This document shows, in pieces, positions 13,201 to 26,800 of a stretch of DNA of 64,000 nucleotides. The notes under the pieces were generated by a model. It was not told where the DNA came from, ran no database searches, and saw nothing but the letters and a program-made list of their open reading frames with translations. The position numbers and the translations under genes were made by a program. Every line of letters begins with the position of its first letter. Position 1 is the stretch's first letter. Source of the DNA: Camelus dromedarius (Eukaryota); the NCBI RefSeq assembly GCF_036321535.1, contig NC_087437.1:71674001-71738000 (forward strand), given 5' to 3'.

Positions 13201-16200
13201 TCCGCATGCATGCTAGGCATACACTCTGCCACTGAGCTATACCCTCCCCTCTGATGCTGCTTTTAATATGAGCTTTAGTAAAATATAATTAATAAGGTAA
13301 GCCTGCTATAAATAAAATTATATCTTGTGCTAATACTCAATATTGCAGTTTGACAGTGACAGATTAATTAGAAGTACTAACCATGTCCTCGTTCTACTGC
13401 TCTTCTCTCCTTGCTACTCCCACGTCAGTTCAGTGTGGAGAGTGGCATGCCTGTAGTCTGTAGACATAGATTAGGAAAATTCTTCATGTTATCTGCATCA
13501 CTGGTAACTTGGGCTTTGCTGCAGTGTCGGAAGTAGGAGACATTTTATTGTCGTTAAAGGAATAATTTCATTAATTCATTTGTGAATAATAATCAGTCCT
13601 CAGAATGCTATGGAATTAGAATTGGTTATGTATTACATCTTTTTGAGAAATCTATTTAAACTGTTATTTATTTTTTATGTATTTAAATTTGTTAAGCAAA
13701 TATGACCAAAAAATGTGTAAGGAAATTTTATTATTTAAAAAAAAGTTGATTCGCCACCCTGATTCACATGTATCAACTTCTCTGGCGCTGTCTTCCTAAA
13801 ATTGCTTTTTAAAGATTTATTATACTGTCAGACTTGTGGAAGTCTTAACACTCCTCCACCTGTAAGTCAGGAATCTCTAGGAATGTACTTCTGGCTTTTG
13901 GAAGGTATTACAGGCTTAAAAAGCAGGTACTGTTTAGTTAATCACTTGCTTTACAAAGCTAAATAATTTAAATTTGCTTTTTAAATTTTTAATTATTTTT
14001 TAACAAACTTAATTTTTGAATTAGTGATACACTTACATGGTATGAAATTCAAAGATACAGAAGGGTATATGATGAAACATCTAATTCCCACCCAAACCTC
14101 CATTTAACTTGTTTGCTTCCTCGTCACCAACTAACATTACCAGATACCAGCGTGTCCTAGAGATGGCCTACATATATGTAAGCAGTACGCATATGTACTT
14201 CTCTCCATGCTCTTCTACAGAAATTGTAGTCATTTAATTCTATATACCATTCTGTTCATTGTGTTCTATCTAAAGAAGGGAAGAGATAAAGCAGCACATT
14301 TTAATGAAATATAAACCTTTTAATAAAAATATTAAGTCATTACAGTCACGTAATATATCCTTTGCAAGTATTACCTTGTTTGACAGCTTGAGTAGGAACT
14401 TTTAGTTTTTGACATTCAATGCTGTTGATGGGAGTTTATTTGATTTTCTTTTTGTAGAGTGAGCTCCAGCTGCGTAAAGAAGTCGAGACAAGGAAGCAAC
14501 TGGAACAGGTGTTAGGTGATCATCGAGAGCTCATTGATGCTCTGACAGCTGAAATTCTTCTCCTGAGAGAAGAAAATACTGCTACCCAGGTACTCAGATG
14601 AGATCCCAGATTTTTCTGTGTTTAGTAGTGTAAACCATCTTTAAGAATATATGAGATTCTTTTCCAGTTGGCTTTTGGTTTAGTTGTGCCGGTGTGATTA
14701 TCACTTCTTTATTGTCATCAACAGTAACTTTTATTGAACATTTATTACATTGGAGGTCCTATAGTAGAAATGTGCACTACAAATACTGTACAGAATAAAT
14801 CTACTGTCTTTAAGAAACTTGATATTTATTGGGGAGGACAGAGTCTACATTTAAATGATAACTACCAATATTACAGGAGTTTATTGAAAGTGTGAAATGA
14901 GTGTTATGATAGTTACTTTTAGTTTCAGGACAGCAGAGGATACCCTTTGAGGAACCCTCCTGTAACATACACCATTTAAAGATGTTTATAGTATCTTTAG
15001 TATCTTTAGTCATCTTTTTGTCAAATAGTGGTTATTATTACTTTTATTTATCAGCCAAAAGAGACTAGAAAATCAATAGTTAGAAGACAAGTTGTGTTTG
15101 TGTCAGTGGACATTAGATATAAAATATGCATTTTTTTATTGATGTATAGTTCACATACCATTTAACTCACCCTTTTAAAGGGTGCAATTCAGTGGCTTTT
15201 TTTAGTATACTCACAGAATTTAGTACCAGCACCATTATCTAACTCCAGAATATTTTCATCACTCCAAAGAGAAACCCTATACTCATTAGTATTCACTTTC
15301 CATTCCCTCCTTGCCTCAGCCCCTGGCAACCACAAATCTGCTTTATGTTTTTATAGATTTGCCTAATCTGGATGTTTTATGTAAATAGAATCATGCAGTG
15401 TGTGGTCTTTAGTGTCTGACTTCTTTCACTCAGCATGTTTGCAGGGTTCATCCGTGCTGTAGTGAGTGTCAGTATGGCATTCCTCTTTATTGCCCAGTAA
15501 TATTCCCTTATCTGGCTCTATCACATTTTGCTTATCTGTGCATCAGCTGAAGGAGATTTGAGTTGCTTCCTCTTTTTGTGTGCGATGAATGGACAATGCT
15601 GCTGTGAGCATTCATGTGCAAGTATTTGTGAACATATGTTTTCAATTCTCTTGGGAAGGTGGGCACTTTTCAAGTGTATCAATTTGTTCAACAAATCTTT
15701 ACTGAGCACTTACTGTGGGCCTGGCACTGTCCTAGGTACAAGAAGTACAGTAATGAATGAAAAAGAAATCTGGCCCTCATGGAGCTTATACTTTAAATAA
15801 ATCCTTAAAAAAAGGAAGTGAAGTATATTGTAAGTTAGATGGTTATGTGTACTATAAAGAAAAAGGTAGGAGGTATAGGAAGTGTCTGGGGTGGGGAGGT
15901 GTAAGTGAGATGGGCCACGTCTGTCTGAGGAGGAGACGTTTGAGCAAAGGCTTGAAGGAGGTGAGGGAGCCAGCCTGCTGATGGCTGGGGTAAGGGCACT
16001 TGAGACAGAGGAACAGCAAGGGTGAAGGTCTTTAGGTGGGAATGTGGCTGTTGAGCTCAGAGCCATGGAAGAGACCAGTGCGGCCAGAGTGGACTGTGGG
16101 AGACAGAGAGTAGGAGGAGGTAAGAGCCTGGAAGCCAGACCATGTGGGACCCTGCAGGCTGGATAAGGACTGGGGCTTTTGTTCCCAGTGAGAAGGGAAA

Positions 16201-19200
16201 CCCCTGAAGGGCTCTGGGTAGAGAAGAGAGTGATCTGACTTAGGTTTTAAGAGGACAACAGTGGACTGCTATGTTGAGATTAGATCAGAGATCACCACCC
16301 TTTCTCCGCTCAGGGTGCCCTTAGTGTCTCAGAACACCCCGGGCCAAAGAAATACCCAGCAGTCTCATTGATTAAGTAGTGAGGTTCAAACAACTCAATA
16401 AGTACTTACGTCTTAACAACTTGGATGCTGTGTGAAAAAAATAATACATGTAAAGTGATTGAAAAAGCCATATTTTTATTCATGATTAAATAACCATAAT
16501 TGTTCACTAATGAGATCACAGATACCTGTTGGGCATTGTACAGCTTCTCAAAACTTGGAATCATATTGGACACCATCACTCTTATTTCCTACTCCACAAT
16601 CATTTTAATGCTTTTGGGCACAGCAGCTACTAAAAACTCAGCTTCACAAAGATAGGGCACCATCAAAAGGAATGTATCTCGATCTAATGTGGAGTCTGTG
16701 AACTGCTTCAAGCTAGTAGTAGTTCACTGGTACCTGAACATCAGTGTTTCCCTTGAGGATTTAAAATGTCCTGTGGTGCCCCTGTGATCCATTCTGGTGC
16801 CCCCAGGTGCAGTCTGGGAGCAGTGGAGGACTAGAGTTTAGGTGGTCAAACACAGAAGCAGAGTATTACAGACAGGAGTTACTGGAATAATTCAGGTGAG
16901 ACATGGCAGCTTGGTTCTAGGTTGGAAGTGGAATAGGTGGTGAAAAGGGACCAAATTCTGAACATGTTTTGAAGTCAACCAGTAGGATTTGCTGATGGGT
17001 TGGATGTGAAGTGAAGGAGAAGACCAGAGAGAAGAATCAGAGTTTTGGACTGAGCAGTTAGAGGGACAAGTGTCGTTAATGAGGGGCTGTTGCAGAGGGG
17101 TTTGCTTTTGTATATTTTGAGTTTGAGAAGCCTGTGTGAGTTCTAGATGGAGTTGTTAAGTAGGCCATTGGGTATATGAGTGTGGAATTTGGGGAAAATT
17201 TGGCTGATACAAAACTGTTTCATGGCCTTTCTTTAGCTGTCATACTAATAATATTTCTGATTTCTGACCACATCTGATTTTTATCAAATGTGTGTACATC
17301 TTGGAGATAAATATGTCTGTTTGTGTATATACAGTTGTCCCTTGAACAGCACCAGTTTGAACTGTGCTGGTTCACTTACATGTGGATTTTTTTCAATAAA
17401 TACGTACCACGGTACTACACGGTCTGCAGTTGGGTGAATCCGTGGATGTGGAACCTTGGATGCAGAGGGCCAACTATAAAGTTAGGCACGAATTTTTGAC
17501 AGCAGAGAGTTGGTACTGCTAACTTCCACGTTGTTCAAGTGTCGACTAATATATATATATATATATTTTTTTTTTCTCTTAATACTATTTTATATGCATT
17601 ACCATAAATTTTTATAATGCTCATGTTTATCAGTTTAAATGCCTGTATAATATTGTATTGAGTCTCCTCCCTCTAATGTATCTGTCTCTTGGGGTAGCTC
17701 GAGAGTCAGTAGGAATCATCTATGTGAAGGGATTTTGTAAATTGAAAGCCCTGTGAAAGGGTTAATTCTTATTGTAGCAGTGCACTTATTAATTAATGAT
17801 GTTCCATCATTTATTTAACCATTCCTCTATCATGGAATTTAATAAATATTTATAATTATGTATTTTTATGAAAGCATTATTTTAGTATTTGAATGAAAGT
17901 CTGAATTCCTAAGAGTATTTGAAGCAATGACATAATTATACATATCTATGTGATGATTTGGGGTCTGATATGCCAGTAATACTATTTTGTTCTCTTTTCT
18001 TGAGGCGAGACTTCAGCAGTACATGATCACAACAGATGAGCAACTTATATCACTCACCCATGCCATTAAGAACTGTCCTGTGATAAATAACAAAGGAAGT
18101 CAGGCATTAGAAAGGGGAGCCACAAGTAGAAGAAATATGGACAGTCCAGGTGAGTGGAATAATCTTATTATCTCAGATTAGCATTAAAATAACTTACAGA
18201 GTAAACAAAACTGTAAACTTATATGTAGCCGTTGGCTGTTTATGCATAAACAGCATTGTCACTGTTACATTGGCCACTACTATTTCAGCTAATATTTATC
18301 AGATGCTTTCTCTATGCCAAGTACTTTTACAGTGTTTTGTATGTATTATCTTGTTTAATCCTTATAATGCAGCTTTCACTTAATTTGCAAAAAGTTCTGC
18401 ACTCAATCTTATGAGGTAGGTGTCCTTGTTATCCCCATTTTTTAGATGAGAAAACTAAGGCAGGAGAGAAGGTTAATAACTTACTGAAGTCACACAAATA
18501 GAAAGTAGCAGAACTAGCTTCCCAGACATGTGGGAATTTAGTGCAGCACCTTTCGTTATGGTGCCCCAGGTTCAGGAGGAGAAGAGGTGGTCTTGGGAAG
18601 AGAAAAATAGAGTTTCAGAAATTCATAACTTTACTTCATTTGTGGTAATGCTTTGAAAGCCTTTCTTCATCTCATGGGCCATCATCATATTCCACAGGCT
18701 GAATAGGACATATAGGATTTTTCATGTTTTTTACTTCTAAGTAATACTTTGATGAGTGTCTTTGTGTGGAAAGAGTTTTATATGTTTAGGAGTGTTTTCT
18801 TACGGACTCTAAGAAGTGGCTGCCTCTAAAATTTCACTTGCCTGACATAAACTCAATGGCTAGGGTAGGTCTTCAAGGGCAGGGGACCCTTGTGCTTTTC
18901 TCAAAAACAACTGCTTCTGGGGGTGGGAGGACAGCTCACGGGTAGAGCACGTGCTTAGCGTGAACGAGGTCCTGGGTTCAATCCCCAGTCCCTCCATTAA
19001 AAAAAAACAAAGCAGAAAACCAAAACCCGGCTACTTCTTCCCAGTGCTGGCCCCACAGGAGCTTTTCCTGTGGGTTCCTGCTAAATGAGGATATGGACTA
19101 GAAAAGGAAGGCTCTGGAGACCACGTGATTTTGCCCTTCGTGGAAATGCACGTAAGTACCAATACCTGACATGTGCTCGTAATTCCTTTAAGTACTAACA

Positions 19201-22200
19201 GCCTTTCATCTTCTTCAGAGGGTCCAGTTGTGAATGCTGATGTCTCCATGCCGTTGATGTTCAGAGGGGATGAAGTGGCTGAATTCCCTCAGGAAGATTT
19301 GCCTGTTAAACTGTCTCAGGTGCTCAACCCTCCAGGAAGTGGGAATCTGGCCAGCAGTTTTCCAGCACGTGTATTTGAGCCGGCTGTGTTGCTAACACCA
19401 CCCCGACAGAAGAGCACCTCAGAATTCTCTCCTTTGCAGGATGGTGAGCAGCCTTCTTCTCAAGTTATACGGCAGTTGTTTTTATGCTTCATAAATGTAA
19501 TAATTGTGTTCATTGTTACCTGAAAAGCAGAATTCCAAAAGGTACTGATTATTACACATAACCTTTAAGCTGAAGGAGGATTTTTTAGGTTGTTTGTCTC
19601 ATGGGTGTTATAGCTATGGTGAAATGTGACAATGAATTTTAGTATGTGTCTGTCCCATCAGACATGGTAAATATTAAGTAAACTCAGGTCAAAGGACCAA
19701 AGTCCTCAGCATTAAAATGTGGAGTAAGGGGAATGCCCTCTGTCCCTATGGTCCAGGGACATAGGAAGTGGGAAGAAACAAGAGGAGATTTTACTCCAGA
19801 AAGTAAAGAAAGTTTAACCAAGGAGAGGTAGGAACTGGAACTTTGAGGATTTTGAAAGTCAGATCTGGTTATTAACCTCTTTTTCATCAAAGTTTTTAGC
19901 CTAGTCAGTTGAGGGAATTTTATAATGAAAGTCAATGGACAATTAAAATTAGCTTTAGAGTCCCTTGTGCAACACATATATAGCTTTAAATCAAATTTAA
20001 ACAATTTATTGTTAATCCTGAGCTCAGAGATTCTTAACTTGGAGCTCATGGATGGTCTACAGATGCTCCACAGACTGCTTCATTGCTTGGAAAATTGTAT
20101 TTATTTGTCCACATGCGCATTATTCTGGAGCTGTAGCTTTCATTTCACTTTCAAAAGAGCTCTTTAATCAAAAAACTACCTTAGACTTTCACATTTTCAG
20201 AAAAATGTGATTTATTCTTTATTTGCCTAATTTTTTATTTCTTAGAGAAGAGTGTTTATATTCCTATATAGGGGAACAGGAGAATAATTTTTATTGTCAT
20301 TGGGACATAAATATTTTGTCAGATTTTCTGCACTTTGTTTCCCTAGGAGGACATGGAGAGACCTTAAGAGGTTAAAGAAAATGACAAATCTTTGTTACAT
20401 AAAATTTGTCTTGGCATTTACAACGCGCATGTAGAGTCTGTCAGATCTGCGTGGTGCAGGGAGACCGTGCTAGGCTGAGGGTCGGGAGTGCGGGAGTCTT
20501 GGCGTGCCCATCCAGTGACTAGCTGTGCAGCGCAGGGCTGAGATACTTACCCTTCCTGGACTTTCTTGTCTCTCAGATGAGAGGCTTTTCCTTTTTCTTT
20601 ACTGTTCCTTCAGCACAACAGTTCTATGATTTGATATTTCTTCTTTAGAGATCTAGAGAGTATTTTAATCCCTGATTAGACTTAGAAAATATGATTTGAA
20701 TTCTGATTTCTATTCAGGTTAGATTTTCATTCCTTAAAGTAATTTTTCAAATATTTGCATGATATTAATGAGCTTGTCTAATGATCTCTTATGAGATACT
20801 GGAAATTATTTTCCACTGGTGATAGTAAGATAGCTTGAAGTTCTATTAAAGAAATAATTACAATAAATATGTTTACTCTGATTGCAAATAAACTTAATGT
20901 TCATTAAAGCAAGTTATTCTGGGACTGCTGTAGACATCATTTTGTTAGCATCAGGTACTGCACTGAAAATAATACTGCACATGTCTTTTACAGCAGCTAA
21001 AACTATCTTTGAATATGTATTCTGAATTGGTGAAGTTTTGTTATATTTTTCAGCAGTTTGTTTGGAATACTCACATGTAAAGACTTGTTCTGTTGAACTG
21101 AACATGCAGACAGAGATGAGAGATAGGGCCCTTCATCAGTGTTCAGTTAGGCTCTAGAACAACTCTGTTCAATGGAGCTTTCTGTTGATGATAAAAGTGT
21201 TCAATGTCTACTCCATTCAATATGGTAGCCACTATTTGCCTTATGGGGCTGCTGAGAACTTGAAATGTGGATACTGTGAATGATGGAACTGAATTTTATA
21301 TTTTGTTTAATTGTAATTAATTTAAGTTTGAGTATGAATAGCCACATATGACCAGCAGCTACTATGTTGGACAATGTTGCCCTAGAATTTCCCATCATAA
21401 ATATTTTCCTTTAGCTACTAATTAATTTCTGCTTTCTTTTATAGCCATGCTTCTTGAAAGAGTGGTATATATATATAGACATACTAAAAAGAGTGGTATA
21501 TATAGACACATACTAAAATTCATTGTCACATTTCACCATTATATATATATATAATGTGCTAGTTTCACTTTTACTTTCTCCCATTCACTTTTTGTTTTAA
21601 AGTATTAATTTAATTCATGTTTGCAGGTGGTTTTAAAAAAAACCACATATAAGGGTCTCCTCCTCCCCTACCTCTAGGCCTACCTCAAAAGCAATTATTT
21701 TTATATATAGTGGCTAACATTTGTAAATCTCAAACTCCCAAATTTATCATAATTGACTGTACTTCAATTAAAAAAAAAAGAAGCAATTATTTTTATCCCA
21801 ATTTGATTTCTGTTTTTCTGCTGGTTGTCTTCATAATTAACATAAAATATTTTTATATCTCTTTTCTTGAAATATCAACTTCACACAATCATTGCAGACT
21901 CTCCCTTTTTTTTTTTTTAACATTTTTTTATTGAGTTATAGTCATTTTACAATGTTGTGTCAGACTCTCCCTTATAAAAGAAGAGGGTTTAATTCATATT
22001 AACACCTACCTCTCTTCTCTAATTTGGGTAATTATATTTTTATTTTTAATTTTTCGATTGCATAACTTTGTGACTTAAAATACTTTCAATTTCTCCTTCA
22101 TTGACTTTAAGTAATATCTCTTGGCTTTCTGCTATATAAGGTGAGGACACTAGCTCCCTTCCCTTCCTTCCCCCTCTCCTTCGTTTCCACATCCCACCAT

Positions 22201-23709
22201 CAGTCAAGTTTGCCTTCCCTTTAATAGTATCAAGTTTGATAACATTTACATTGTTCTATTACAATCATGTCTTCTGTGTCTCATCTATGGTTGGATACTG
22301 AACATTGCAAGCAAATAACAATTACATTTTCTTTTGGTGTCCATTGTTACTATCAATCCTTGTTCCATACAAAAGGAAAAAGTTTATAGTATGAAGATCA
22401 AGGTGAATTCTCTTTATTTCACTTCATCATTTGCTCAGAATCTTAGTTGGCTCTACATACTGGGACTTTCTTGTTCAGTTTTTATTTTGCCTGAAAGTTC
22501 AGACTGCTTTTACCATCTTGTTGACAAAAGAATAATTCACATTCATCATATCTGCAAGTCCTTTAGTCACGCTGTCTTTGGCACGGAATCCACTTTCATC
22601 CCACAGATCCCTTCCCAAAGCCCCCCAGCCCCTGCTCCAGTCTTGACTGACTGCTTTCGGGGCCTGCTGTGCAGCTCTCGTACTGGGACTTGTGGTTATC
22701 ATACTCCTGGGTTGAGCCTGTTGTGTCCTAGATTCCATTTCTTCCTCTTCTTTGATTTTCTCCCTCAGTTTTCTGAAAGAAGTCATCAGAAAGGGTATAT
22801 AGAAGGTGAACTTTCAGTTTTTGAAAATCTGAAAATATTTTAGTTTTTCTCTTACACTTAACTGATAATTTGGCTAGAAGTAGAATTCTAGTTCTGTAGT
22901 CCCCTTTACTGAGAAATAAAGGTATTATTCCATTGATTTTTAGTTTCCAGTGTTGGAATTGAGATGTCTGGTGCCGTATCTAACTTTTATTTCTTTGTAC
23001 TTTTGACCTTCTTTTTCTCTGTAGAAGCTTTTAGGATCCTTTATTTTTATTCTGAAATTGCACAAGGTGTGTTTAAATGTGGGTTTTTTTTTTCTCATTA
23101 TGCTGTCAGGCACCAGTGGTGCCTTTGAGTCTGAAGACATGACTTTCTGCAGCAGTTTGGGGGAATTACATGTTGACCTTCTGGATTATTTCCTCATGTA
23201 TTTGGTCTTATATCTTCCTTCTTACATTCTGGAATTTTTTTTCACTTTATACTCAAATCTGTCTTTTACATTTTTATATTTTAGCAATCATATTTTAAAA
23301 TTTCAAGCAAGGTTCCTTTCTTATTGTCTGATTGTCCTTTTTTCATTATGAATGCAATATCTTCTGAGGATACCAGTTAAAATTTTGTTACATTTTCTTC
23401 TGTACCTGATTTTTTTTTTTCTTCTCAGTCTCTTGTCTATTTACCTTTGTACTGCTGGCTTTCCTCATATGTCTGGTCATCCTTTATTGTCCATTCATAT
23501 TTCAGAATAAATGACTAGATTAAATAGTATAGGTGATTGGCAAAAGTTTTCTTCCCTGTGATGTAGTTACGTCTAGATCTGTTTTCCCAACAGATTTTGG
23601 CTAAAGCAGCTGCTTTGTATATATGGGCATGAGGTGTTAACTGCAGGCTTCCTTTAGAGTCGGCAAGCAGGATCCAGCTATTCAGTTGGGCCTACCACAT
23701 TTGCTCTCC

Positions 23710-23767
<58 letters not shown>

Positions 23768-23805
23768 TGCTTTCGTTCTTTCTTTCGTTCTTTCTTTCGT
23801 CCTTC

Positions 23806-23858
<53 letters not shown>

Positions 23859-26800
23859 TTTCTTTCTTCCTTTCTTTCTTCCTTTCTTTCTTCCTTTCTT
23901 TCTTTCTCTCTCTCTCTCTCTCTCTCCCCCTCCCCTTCTCTCTCTCCCTCCTTCCCTCCCTCCCTTTCTTTCTTTCTTTTTTTTTTTTTTTTGCTTTCAA
24001 GGATGGGTGGGGGAAGTGATGAGCAACAGCTTAACGGATATAAATGTATGAAAGAAACTTTCCAGTAATTCACCAGTTTAGTCCTCCTTTTCTCTTTCTC
24101 TGTACCTGTCAGCGTTGAGCCTGCAGCCTTTTTAGTGCCCCCAGAAGAGACTGGCTTTGCCTGTAGCTTTCTTCTAATATAGACATATTCTGAACTGTGG
24201 CTTCCGCTCAATTTCATTCTTTCACACACTTCTCATACACTCTCAGTCTTTCAGAAATATGTTGAAATATCTGATTTGCTAGTGCTTCTCCCCAGACCAT
24301 TATCTTTACTGTTGTGGGTTTATTTTCTTTTGTATTTCCTTACTGTCAGTGAAAGAGGGTGAGATAAATGTGTGCTCAGTCTGTAGTCTTGAACCAGAAC
24401 CATCTCTTTTCCCAGTTCACTCCCAATTAGGTCAATCTACCTAGACCACTCACTCCTGTGTAGGGCTCCAGTGGCACCATGTTGCTAAGCCCAGGGTACA
24501 CTTTTCTGACCTTACGTTTCTAGGTCTTACAGCAGTGTAACCCACAGTTAACCACTGCCTCTTTGTTTCCTTGATACCACATTCTTGTATTATTTCTCTT
24601 ATCTTTTTGCTGCTCCATTTCACTCTACTTTGCCAGCTTCCTCTGCTTCACCCAACTCTAAATGTTGAGTCCTTCATGTCTTGGTACTGGTTTCTTCTCT
24701 CAGTCTGTTTTTTCTCTGTAACCTCACTTGTTCTCGTGGCTTCCAATACCTTCTATAAGCCAGTGACTTCCAGTTTTGGATCTTAGCCCAGATGACCTCC
24801 TGAGTTTCTGACCCCTGTTTCATCTTCTTGGATAGATATATGGATGACTTGTTAGGCACCTTAAACTTAGCATATTGAATACAATTCTTGATAATCTCTC
24901 TTCCCCCAAATCTGTTCTCCCTATCTTCTCCATCCATGCACTTGTGCATGCTGTCCTGATTTATGTGTTGCCCTCACTCCCCACTTTTGGCTTATCACTC
25001 TCAGTTCTGTTGCTAAAATACTTCACAGTGTATCTCCTACTCTCCATTTCTATAGCCAACATATCTTAGTCAAAGCTACCATCATCTTTCTTCTTGCCCG
25101 CTACAGTTGCTTACTGGTCTCCCTACTTCTGTTCCTGGACCTTCTAGTTATCACAGTATTTAAGAAGTGTTAAATATATAAATTGAGTCATTGCCAGGGC
25201 TTCTCCAAGCTTCATTGTTCTTGGATTAAATTATAAAATTCCTAACATGGTTTAAAAAGCTCTTCAAGAAATGGCCCCTGCAGGCCTCTCCAGGCTCGCA
25301 TGTTCCCAGTTCTCCCTTGTTGCCATGCTGTAGCTAGACTGGCCTTCACATCTGTTGTTCTCTCTGACTGTAATGTTCTTTGCTTTACTTTTTGCCACAT
25401 ATGTAATTATCTAAGATTTGTACTTTTTCAAAGATGCTTTCCCTGCCCATCCTCAGTTTATATTATGTATCTATACTCCCCCCACCTCAAGATTCCCAGA
25501 TGTGAGTTTTAATATATGTGTTAAAATGTGAACTTGGTAGCTGGTTCTTCACATGGATGCTAATAAGGTTTAAGGATATAAAAGTCCCTGTACTTAACTG
25601 TTAGAGGTGGCCTTGCTGGTCTGTTCTTGAGGCATTCAGAAGCCAAGCCCGCCTGTTGAAATACTTGTCTAACTCTCATGATGGGTAATGAGATGATTAT
25701 AGTGCCAACTATGGATAAATGACAGATGCTTATTATGGTTTAATTTTAATCTACAGTGTTGAGGAGGACTGTTCAAACTCGGCCTGCTCCACGAATTCCT
25801 CCAACTGTGGAAATAATTGAAAAGGAACAAAATTGGGAGAAGACCTTACCTACTGGCACAGACGTTCAGAATTCAAGTGAAGAGAGTCACCTCTTTACTC
25901 AGAGGTGGAGGGCCTCTCACATGGGAGAAGATTTGGGGAACAAAACCCAAGCCCCTTTTGTTAACCTCTCTCAGCCCCTCTGCAGCTCCCATTCAGGTGG
26001 TCAGCAATCGAGAAACCCTGCATTCTCAGAAGAACCCCCAGTACTGGGAGATGGACAACAGCTTAGAACAAATGAGACGTTAATACAAAGAAAGGACATC
26101 ATGGCACGAATTGCTGAGTTGACACTGCAGAATTCAGCTATCAAGGCACATCTGAATAATATTATTGGGCCAGGAGGAGAGCAAGGGGATGGACTTCGGG
26201 AGTTTAACAAACAGGAGACAAGTCATGCCAGTGACATGACCGCTGTGAGTACCAGTTAAGGATTGACTGTGGACATATAGGAATTTAAGTATATTGCTGG
26301 AACATCTTAAGGGACTTCCTTCCAGAAGTGACCCTGCCCCTAGATAGCTTATGCTTTGTCATGTCCTCGTCACAAAATAAGTAGAGGTTATTTATCTGTT
26401 TACATTGCACAGACATTAAAAGAGGATAGCATAACATTAAAAATGGCAAAATGAATGAGGAAAATAGGACAAAGGTAAAAAAAGTGTAGGAAAGCTAAAG
26501 TTAAGCTAGGGATGAAGTTTTAAATATAAAATGTAGAGTTAACATGTCTTGAAAGTTTGCCACACAACTATGTTTTAATTGAAATCATTTTTACTCTTAA
26601 AGGTGCTCATTAAAGAGAATTATATGTAGTTGTCTCTCAGCTTATGAGTAGATGATTTTTTAGGACACAGAGTGCATTTTTCTATAGAAATGATGTTTTA
26701 CAGAATTACTAAAGTCAAACGTTCATGTACATATGAAATCATCTTGCTAAAATGCAGTTTCTGATTGAGTTTGTCTGAGGTAGGGCCTGTGCATTTCTAA

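Noticed and set aside
18919..19000. tRNA gene
   Set aside because: Degenerate acceptor stem, an A-rich tail and related copies elsewhere mark it as a SINE
21457..21518. ~31-bp tandem duplication (aaagagtggtatatata...gacatactaa)
   Set aside because: A simple slippage duplication around a TA run with only two units; not an array
22334..22843. 169-aa + strand ORF and an overlapping 95-aa - strand ORF
   Set aside because: They lie in degenerate intronic, old-L1-like sequence, resemble no protein I know, and are not needed for the SPICE1 frame
23678..24229. Long ORFs (183, 121 and 102 aa) with ERKK, ASQP and LAGW repeats
   Set aside because: They are translations of a compound microsatellite with no coding signal
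25817..26210. Alternative-frame and antisense ORFs over the large SPICE1 exon
   Set aside because: Shadow ORFs of a real coding exon
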